Below are positions 48,960 through 55,780 of a stretch of DNA of 64,000 bases, piece by piece (position 1 is the stretch's first letter; the number at the start of each line of letters is the position of its first letter). The notes beneath the pieces are model-generated. The model searched no databases and had not been told where the DNA came from. It saw only the letters and a program-made list of their open reading frames with translations. This stretch comes from a virus, in IMG/VR virus record IMGVR_UViG_3300023174_000079, positions 54,974-118,973 of that record. One strand, given 5' to 3'. The position numbers and the translations under genes were made by a program.

Positions 48960-49400
48960 ATGATTTCTACACCTACATCTAATCCACTTAAAGTACAGCG
49001 CGATAATCTCGCTAAACAGATTGCTGCTGCAAAGGCGAGCGGTAAAGAGGATATTATTAAGAAATTGTCTCCTAACTATATAGCTGTAAAAAAGAAGCTC
49101 GAGTCACAGGAAAAAGTCAAAGCTAGTAAAGCTGTTGCTGATGCTGGTAAGAACCCTAAAGAAGCTTCTGATATTGCCGATGAACTTACAGGTGGTGAAG
49201 AAAAGCCTAATGAAGCTAATGAAGAGAGACTAAATAAAATTATGACTAAAAACGAAAGCACTAATATTGCTAACTTTTTAAAGGCTGTTTCTCAAAAAAA
49301 TTACGCCCAGGCCGATAAGTATTTACAAGGTGTAGTCGAATCTAAGCTCAAAGCTTCTATCGACAAAGCTATCCAAAAATCAACAATTTATGCAAAATAA
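48960..49400 (+). CDS. Putative prohead core protein (gp67/gp68-like position), with a possible internal start at 49242
   Basis: Lies between gp21 and gp22; C-terminal FLKAVSQKNYAQA...VVESKL helix; internal TAAATA-5-ATG. Confidence 0.55.
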   Translation: MISTPTSNPLKVQRDNLAKQIAAAKASGKEDIIKKLSPNYIAVKKKLESQEKVKASKAVADAGKNPKEASDIADELTGGEEKPNEANEERLNKIMTKNESTNIANFLKAVSQKNYAQADKYLQGVVESKLKASIDKAIQKSTIYAK

Positions 49401-50268
49401 TATCTCCGAACTCCTCAAGGCCGCTACAAAGGACATTCTTACAGAAGATGTTCTTAAGGAAATTGAAAGCGCCTATGAAGCCTCAGTCGACGCTAAAGTT
49501 CAACTTCACGTTGAAAAGGCTCTTAACGAACAGGACGAAGATTATGCTAGTAAGCTTGAAACTCTTTTAGAAGCTGTTGACGCTGATCATACAGCCAAGC
49601 TCGAAAAAGTTGTCGAAGCTCTTGACGCTGATCGTGCTCGTAAGCTTAAGCAAATCGTTGAAAAATATGAAACAGCTCTCACAGAAGAGGCTACCAATTT
49701 TAAGAGTGAAATGATCGATCAGGTCAGCAATTATCTCGAACTTTATCTTGAAGAGAAGCTCCCAGTAGCTGAAATTCAAGAAGCTGTCAACAATAAGCGT
49801 GCTGCTTCCGTTTTAAACGAGATGCGTAACATGCTTTCTGTTGACATGGCTCTCGCCCAAGAGAGCATCCGTGATGCCGTCGTTGATGGCAAAACAAGAA
49901 TTGATGAAGCTGCTAGTCAGCTTGAAACCGCTAATAAGCGGATTGCTACATTAACTGAGCAGTTAAACACTGTTAATGCGAGCTTAACACTCGAGAAGAA
50001 GATTTCTTCACTCGACGAGGATAAGAAGAAGTATATGAAAAAGATGCTTGGTTCAAAGTCCGCTAAGTTTATCGCTGAAAACTTTGATTACACTCTCGGT
50101 CTTTATGAGAAATCTGAAGAAGAGCGGTTCAACAATCTTGTTACCGAAGCTAGGGAAGAAACAGTCACAACAGCTGTTGATCGCCCGATAATCGAGGAGT
50201 CCGTTGAGACTCCTGCAAGTGAAGATCGTGCATTCAATCTTTACTTGAACGAGCTTCATAAGTACTAA
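49390..50268 (+). CDS. 22: gp22 prohead scaffold protein
   Basis: Acidic coiled coil with VSNYLE.Y, immediately upstream of gp23. Confidence 0.85.
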   Translation: MQNNISELLKAATKDILTEDVLKEIESAYEASVDAKVQLHVEKALNEQDEDYASKLETLLEAVDADHTAKLEKVVEALDADRARKLKQIVEKYETALTEEATNFKSEMIDQVSNYLELYLEEKLPVAEIQEAVNNKRAASVLNEMRNMLSVDMALAQESIRDAVVDGKTRIDEAASQLETANKRIATLTEQLNTVNASLTLEKKISSLDEDKKKYMKKMLGSKSAKFIAENFDYTLGLYEKSEEERFNNLVTEAREETVTTAVDRPIIEESVETPASEDRAFNLYLNELHKY

Positions 50269-50365
50269 GTTTTATTTTCTTCTAAAGAATAGAAGATTTA
50301 TTGTTGAGGGATTTTCCCCTGAATAGAAATTAAGGTCGACAAAAAGAAAGAAATTTTTTAAAACT
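50259..50365 (+). promoter_or_regulatory. Putative late promoter (TAAGTA) and structured 5' leader of the major capsid gene
   Basis: TAAGTA at 50259; hairpins TCTTCTA/TAGAAGA (50278-50296) and AGGGGA/TCCCCT (50307-50321); A/U-rich run before the ATG. Confidence 0.5.
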
Positions 50366-51871
50366 ATGTCAAAATCAATCCGTCCTTCACAGTCCTACAT
50401 CGATGAGAGAAGCGCTAAGACATTGCTTGAGAAGTGGAGTCCTGTATTGGATTACACATCCAACAACGTTGCTGCGATTGAAGACGATCATACCCGCTTG
50501 AACACCGCCATCCTCCTTGAGAACCAAGAGAAGTGGTGCTTTGAAGCCTCCAACAGTGATGCTGGTGGTGTCTTCGGTTCAAACGCTACATTCAACCAGT
50601 ATGGCAATCAGTTCCCTTCACAGAACGATAACGCCTATGCTCCGAATGATGCTCGTCTTCCTAAGATCCTCATCCCGATGATCAGGCGTACATTCCCTGA
50701 GCTCATCACTAACGAAATCGTTGGTGTTCAGCCCATGAGTGGTCCAGTCGGTCTTGCTTTTGCACTCCGTTATAAGTACGAACCTACTTCCCTCGGCTAT
50801 CAGAGTGGATCGCTTGATGCTTCAAGCACACAGCAGTACAGCACAGCTAGTAATGCTCTCCTCTCCGCTAACCCTGAATTAGGTTATCAGTACCTCAACA
50901 CAGCCTTCACCGGCGCCAGCTCTTCAGCTCTCTCCGGTGCTACAGGTTACTTCACAATGGTTCCTGAAGATCAGGGCGTTGCCGCACTCCTCGGCCAGTT
51001 CGAGTTGTCCAGCAACATTCCTCAGATCGTCGTTTCCTTCGAGAAGACAGCAGTTGAAGCCGGCACCCGCCGTCTTGCAGCTCGCTGGTCCGTTGAGCTC
51101 GAACAGGATCTTAAGAACATGAACGGTATCGATATCGATACTGAGCTCACCAACGCTATGTCGTATGAGCTTCAGGCCGAAATCGACCGTGAAATGATCA
51201 TTCGTATGATCCAGACAGCCCTCAATGCCGGTTACGGCGTTGGGTTCTCCGTCTGGAATCCTGCTTCAGCCGATGGTCGCTGGCTCGTTGAGCGTAATCG
51301 TGACTTCTATCAGAGACTCATCGTTGAGGCTAATCGTATTGCCGTCCGTAACCGCCGTGGTTCCGCCAACTTCATCGTTGGTACACCTCGCGTTTGCGCG
51401 ATCCTTGAAATGCTCCCTGAATTCCAGTGGGTACCCGTTCAAGGCTCTGTCAATACTCAGCCCGTCGGTGTTGCAAAGGTAGGTTCCTTAGCTGGTCGCT
51501 TCAATGTTTACCGTGATACACGTACAGAGGCTCAGTTCGAGGCTAACGCCGGGGGTAACTTCGGTGGTAAGGGTGGTTTCCCAACTAACGTTGGTGGAAC
51601 TAGCGCCCAGACTCGTACTACCCGTCTCGACTACGCACTTCTCGGTTACAAGGGACCTGAATTCTACGACACCGGTATCATCTACTGCCCATACATCCCT
51701 GTTATGGTTCAGCGTACTATCGGTCCTAACGACTTCAGTCCCCGTGTTGGCTTGCTCACCCGTTACGGTGTCGTTGATAATATCTTTGGTGCAAACCTTT
51801 ATTATCACGTTATCGTTCTCCAGGGTCTCAGCACAGCCTTCACACCGGCTACGCAGTCTGTCTACTTCTAA
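50366..51871 (+). CDS. 23: gp23 major capsid protein
   Basis: LLEKWSPVL, LLENQ, GVQPMSGPVGLAFALR, R.LAARWSVELEQDL, EIDRE, YCPYIP, P.VGLLTRYG. Confidence 0.98.
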   Translation: MSKSIRPSQSYIDERSAKTLLEKWSPVLDYTSNNVAAIEDDHTRLNTAILLENQEKWCFEASNSDAGGVFGSNATFNQYGNQFPSQNDNAYAPNDARLPKILIPMIRRTFPELITNEIVGVQPMSGPVGLAFALRYKYEPTSLGYQSGSLDASSTQQYSTASNALLSANPELGYQYLNTAFTGASSSALSGATGYFTMVPEDQGVAALLGQFELSSNIPQIVVSFEKTAVEAGTRRLAARWSVELEQDLKNMNGIDIDTELTNAMSYELQAEIDREMIIRMIQTALNAGYGVGFSVWNPASADGRWLVERNRDFYQRLIVEANRIAVRNRRGSANFIVGTPRVCAILEMLPEFQWVPVQGSVNTQPVGVAKVGSLAGRFNVYRDTRTEAQFEANAGGNFGGKGGFPTNVGGTSAQTRTTRLDYALLGYKGPEFYDTGIIYCPYIPVMVQRTIGPNDFSPRVGLLTRYGVVDNIFGANLYYHVIVLQGLSTAFTPATQSVYF

Positions 51872-51902
51872 GAAGTATACACGATCCTCGAAAGATCAAA
51901 AA

Positions 51903-51936
51903 GAAAACCCGGTCGAAAGACCGGGTTTTCCCTTTT
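51903..51936 (+). terminator. Rho-independent terminator after gp23
   Basis: GAAAACCCGGTC-GAAA-GACCGGGTTTTC followed by CCTTTT. Confidence 0.9.
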
Positions 51937-51981
51937 ATATTGTTGTAAAAAAAGCGTCACATGCTGAATAAATAATAGTAT

Positions 51982-52488
51982 ATGGCATACGAAACCGTCC
52001 TCAATACACCAGTTCTTATCAGTACTGTACCTTCATCAACTGTAAACGCAACTGGTTATGCTTCCACACTTAAGCTTAACATAAGTGCAACAACACTCGG
52101 CAATGCACTAACAGATGAAGTTTGTACACTTAGTATTGTTACTAGTGCAAATAGTGATTATGCTTCACTTAGTTCTGCCGGTGGCACAACAATTAATTTA
52201 TCTCTTAGCTCGCCAACAGTTTTAGCAACTCCTCAAGTATGGCCTGGTCAAATAGCTACATCTACATATAGCAATACAACAAAATCTGCTACACTGACAA
52301 TTACCTTCCCACAGCGCTCCCTCCTCACAACATCAATTAGCTTATCAGCTAATGCTAATACAACAATTGTTGATCCTACAAAGACATCTGTTGTTGATAA
52401 CTTCTTCTTCTTAACCGGTAGCCCTGATGTAAACCATCAAGTCCGTACAACCGGTGGTCAGGCTAACCTACAGGCATACCTCGGCTAA
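51982..52488 (+). CDS. Putative virion (capsid decoration-like) protein
   Basis: TAAATA-7-ATG; Thr/Ser-rich beta protein directly after gp23 with its own terminator. Confidence 0.55.
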   Translation: MAYETVLNTPVLISTVPSSTVNATGYASTLKLNISATTLGNALTDEVCTLSIVTSANSDYASLSSAGGTTINLSLSSPTVLATPQVWPGQIATSTYSNTTKSATLTITFPQRSLLTTSISLSANANTTIVDPTKTSVVDNFFFLTGSPDVNHQVRTTGGQANLQAYLG

Positions 52489-52509
52489 TATAAATTAATA
52501 TATAAAAAG

Positions 52510-52539
52510 AAAAAGCCCTGGCTTAAGCCAGGGCTTTTT
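52510..52539. terminator. Bidirectional terminator
   Basis: Perfect palindrome AAAAAGCCCTGGCTTAAGCCAGGGCTTTTT between convergent genes. Confidence 0.9.
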
Positions 52540-52564
52540 GTGTTACAACAACTAACAAGCTAAA

Positions 52565-53473
52565 TTATTGACCCATTGCCTTCTCCGTATACACGTTTGT
52601 GTCACCAAGAAATTTCGGAAGAAGGTGTCTATTACTAGCGCGTGTCGGATTGATATCTAGCGATCCACGACGAGAATAGAGAAGAGTAACCACACAATCT
52701 ACAACTTCCTTATGCTCCATAATACTTGTAAGAAGCTTTTCAGCACAAAATTCATGGAATTCATTAACCTCACGCAATGAAACAATCTGCTTAAAGAGTG
52801 AGACAGGATCAACTGATGTACCTTTTGTAATAATATTAATATAAGCAGCCCCTGTATCCTTTTGCTTTGTATGTCTACAACGTGATCTTAGAGCATTTGT
52901 AAAATATTTGTTATCACAAAGTGTCCCGCCGTTAGATCTTTCAATAAATTTAAGATGATTTTCCTTAGCGCTATAATCGGTAATCTCAACACCATTAGCT
53001 CTGTTTATAATGTCATACAAATCGGTGTAGTCGTTAAGAGGAAAAAGGCCTGTAGAGCCTGATTTAAAAAATTTAACCTTTACCTCCTTACCAATAGCAT
53101 TTGTAAGATCAATGGTTATTTGTCTCTCGTAATTTGTAATAGCCTCTTCAACAGTATCGCCCATCTTACACATATCAAATGAATTCATATAGAGCTTCGC
53201 TGACTTTGACTCTACCATAAACTCTGAATCAGCAGGGTATACATACTTAATAGTACCGGCAATAGGTACACCACTATTCAAAAGAAATGTTGCTTCGTGA
53301 CAATGCCATGTATCAAAACCTACAAACTCATCACCTTTAATTCCCCACCCTTCACGAGCGAGAATTCTTGGCATGGGGTTGAGAAGTGATGGATCAAATT
53401 GCTCGGTATATACAGCATATGAAGCCGATGAACCAAGAGTCTTAGAAGCAATGTCAGTTATATTTGTTGTCAT
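52565..53473 (-). CDS. queF: NADPH-dependent preQ0 reductase, long (two T-fold) type
   Basis: QueF motif VESKSAKLYMNSF, RSRCRHTKQKD (catalytic Cys/Asp positions), NEFHEFC, RRGSLDINP. Confidence 0.88.
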   Translation of the reverse strand: MTTNITDIASKTLGSSASYAVYTEQFDPSLLNPMPRILAREGWGIKGDEFVGFDTWHCHEATFLLNSGVPIAGTIKYVYPADSEFMVESKSAKLYMNSFDMCKMGDTVEEAITNYERQITIDLTNAIGKEVKVKFFKSGSTGLFPLNDYTDLYDIINRANGVEITDYSAKENHLKFIERSNGGTLCDNKYFTNALRSRCRHTKQKDTGAAYINIITKGTSVDPVSLFKQIVSLREVNEFHEFCAEKLLTSIMEHKEVVDCVVTLLYSRRGSLDINPTRASNRHLLPKFLGDTNVYTEKAMGQ

Positions 53474-53475
53474 AA

Positions 53476-54027
53476 TTATTGTAGTTTTATTTTAATAGCT
53501 TCCATTCGTTCTTCAACTGTTCCTTTTAGTCGAACGAGTTTATTTTCTAGTAAATCATTATATGAAATAATAGCTTGTTCAAACGTTTCAATCATTTTGT
53601 TTCTAAACTCCACATCAGTACTTCTCTCTCCATCATCAATAAGAGCTACATCATAAGGATCAGTATAAAAAATAATATCATATTGAGTAATAAGCTTTTT
53701 AAAAACGTTCTTCGTATATTCAAATACCCACTTCGGAACACTACCTTCTATATGAAGATATCCTGTATAACATAGTCCATCGAGAATACAACGATCAAGT
53801 ATAGCCCCCTTTGTCTCCCTAAATCTTAGAACGTTCTCGATATGTTTATTCGTGATTAAGCATTGCGTTAAACCCGTACCCTCTTCATTAATAGGAACAT
53901 TAAACTCACGCTTTACTAGCCTCGTAACCTCATCTACAAACTCAAACCGATCGCTATAGATTTCTTTACAAGCCTTCAGTAATGTAGTTTTACCAGAACT
54001 CTGAACCCCAGAAAAGCTTATTAACAT
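53476..54027 (-). CDS. P-loop nucleotide (dNMP) kinase-like protein
   Basis: FSGVQSSGKTT, LDRCILD, DDGER, LKGTVEER. Confidence 0.8.
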   Translation of the reverse strand: MLISFSGVQSSGKTTLLKACKEIYSDRFEFVDEVTRLVKREFNVPINEEGTGLTQCLITNKHIENVLRFRETKGAILDRCILDGLCYTGYLHIEGSVPKWVFEYTKNVFKKLITQYDIIFYTDPYDVALIDDGERSTDVEFRNKMIETFEQAIISYNDLLENKLVRLKGTVEERMEAIKIKLQ

Positions 54028-54043
54028 ATATCAATTATAGAGA

Positions 54044-54391
54044 CTACTTTGCCCACTTGCCACGATTAACAATCTCAGCAATAATACTATAGACAGAGAT
54101 ATCGAGAAATGCATCGAAGACAGACTCGTTAGCTGATTCTAGGCTATTTTTTCTAAGAACAAGATTGATCAATCGCTGCAGCTTATCATTAAGACGAACA
54201 ACAATGGCTGAAATTGAAGCCTTTCTTTCATCAGGTGTTACTAACGAAGATCCGAGAGAAATATTACCCGGACCGTAGTCAAACTGCTTCTTACAGAATG
54301 TAAGATAATGTTCGTGCTGAATCTTTTTGAATTCGACACATGTATCAGGATATTGTGTTTCTATTGCTTTTACTATTTCATCTATGCTCAT
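54044..54391 (-). CDS. Nucleotide-modification-associated domain 1 (DUF1599; MazG/dUTPase-like helical fold)
   Basis: KKQFDYG, VRLNDKLQRL, ESVFDAFLDISVYSII. Confidence 0.75.
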   Translation of the reverse strand: MSIDEIVKAIETQYPDTCVEFKKIQHEHYLTFCKKQFDYGPGNISLGSSLVTPDERKASISAIVVRLNDKLQRLINLVLRKNSLESANESVFDAFLDISVYSIIAEIVNRGKWAK

Positions 54392-54941
54392 AATTTTCTA
54401 AAAATTGATACCACATTACACTCCCAAGAGAGTGTAACTGGCTAATTACAGTTTCCTCTGAAAGACCAGTAATATTAATAGCATGAGACACAATAATCTC
54501 ACCTTCGTCAACAGCAGGTATAACTCTATGAATAACAGCACCAGCGGTCGTATAGCCTGCTTTAATAGCTCTTACCTGTGGATCTTTACCTTTAAGATCT
54601 GGATACTCAGTTATAAGTCCAGGGTGCAAATTATAAATATTTTTATACTTCTTACAAATCTCTTTTGGAATTATTCTCAAATATCCATGTAGAGTAATAA
54701 GCGGGTTCTTATATGGCTTAAGCGCTTTTTTATAATCTTTTAGTTCAGGATTCTTAGGTAATGTTATCCAGCAGCTTAATTTACCCTCATCCTTAGCCTG
54801 TTTAAGCATTATGTTTACACCATCATCATTTTGCCGGTTAGTAATAATTGCAGTAGGTACCTTACCAGTATGTTGAATTATATTATTCAATTCTGTACCG
54901 CTCTGACTAAAGAATGCTATCCAATTTTTATCTACCTGCAT
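54378..54941 (-). CDS. PurN-like formyltransferase (DpdN-like candidate preQ1 formyltransferase)
   Basis: FFSQSGTE, LHGYLRII, NLHPGL, GAVIHRV...VDEGEI; same operon as queF. Confidence 0.82.
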   Translation of the reverse strand: MQVDKNWIAFFSQSGTELNNIIQHTGKVPTAIITNRQNDDGVNIMLKQAKDEGKLSCWITLPKNPELKDYKKALKPYKNPLITLHGYLRIIPKEICKKYKNIYNLHPGLITEYPDLKGKDPQVRAIKAGYTTAGAVIHRVIPAVDEGEIIVSHAINITGLSEETVISQLHSLGSVMWYQFLENYEHR

Positions 54942-55744
54942 AAGATCTTCTTAAACATTTTAGTATTATAATCTATAATTTCCATCTCATCTTTTGTTAC
55001 CTGGTGGTCGATAAGATCAGCAAGCTTTGTGGATGGCTTTGTCGGAAGACCGTACTCAGCATCATACTTCATATTATGAATAGCAGCAACAATCGGATTA
55101 CTTGTATCACAACTTGCAATATTAAAAATATTATGATTCAAGTAATAACGGAATTCCTTAGCTAAGGAGCAACCAAGAAGATGATGTGGTTTATTCCAAT
55201 TCCAGATACCTGAATCAATAAGCTGACTAATAAACCGCTGACGTCCTGAGCACCAACGTTCGAGTTGAGTATGACCCTCACCGGTATGTTCATAATAAGA
55301 GAAGTCAAAGCTTATCGCTATCATATCAGCATTTTCAGACATATACTTGTAACACTCAATAAGCTGCTGCCACGTTTTGCCTTGAACAGCTCCGATTGCC
55401 CTTGTCACAAATTCACTCTTAATTTGCTTGATGTTCGTCTTCCAGACATTAAAGCTTTCTATCGTTGCCATGTTATTCTCGAGAACATCTGGTACAATAA
55501 ACATATTAGGCTTGAGATCAAGGACAGCAGCTAAAAACTTACTACCCTCAAATGCATGTCCAAGCTCGAAAATAGAGTTATCAAGAAGTACTTCGCGGTT
55601 ATAAACTTCACGAGCTGTTTTAAAATATTGGTAATACTTTGGATGCGACTCAAATAAATGTACCAAAGCATAATCAAAATCATTATACAGTGTTGACGTT
55701 TGTAGTATAGAAATAGGAGATTCGTGTGAAACCTTAATTAGCAT
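54932..55744 (-). CDS. TGT-fold (DpdA-like) 7-deazaguanine-handling enzyme
   Basis: LLDNSIFE, IVPDVL, GAVQG, HHLLG, SCDTSNP map onto TGT barrel motifs; first gene of the queF operon. Confidence 0.7.
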   Translation of the reverse strand: MLIKVSHESPISILQTSTLYNDFDYALVHLFESHPKYYQYFKTAREVYNREVLLDNSIFELGHAFEGSKFLAAVLDLKPNMFIVPDVLENNMATIESFNVWKTNIKQIKSEFVTRAIGAVQGKTWQQLIECYKYMSENADMIAISFDFSYYEHTGEGHTQLERWCSGRQRFISQLIDSGIWNWNKPHHLLGCSLAKEFRYYLNHNIFNIASCDTSNPIVAAIHNMKYDAEYGLPTKPSTKLADLIDHQVTKDEMEIIDYNTKMFKKILCR

Positions 55745-55780
55745 ATCCAGATTATAGGTGTAAATAATGGTATATCAAGT

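Noticed and set aside
50937-51971. Several alternative-frame and antisense ORFs inside gp23
   Set aside because: Explained by biased codon usage of a highly expressed gene (few off-frame stops); no promoter or protein motifs.
54378-54941. purN as an auxiliary purine-biosynthesis gene
   Set aside because: No other pur genes are in the window; its operon context with queF and a TGT-fold gene favours base formylation.
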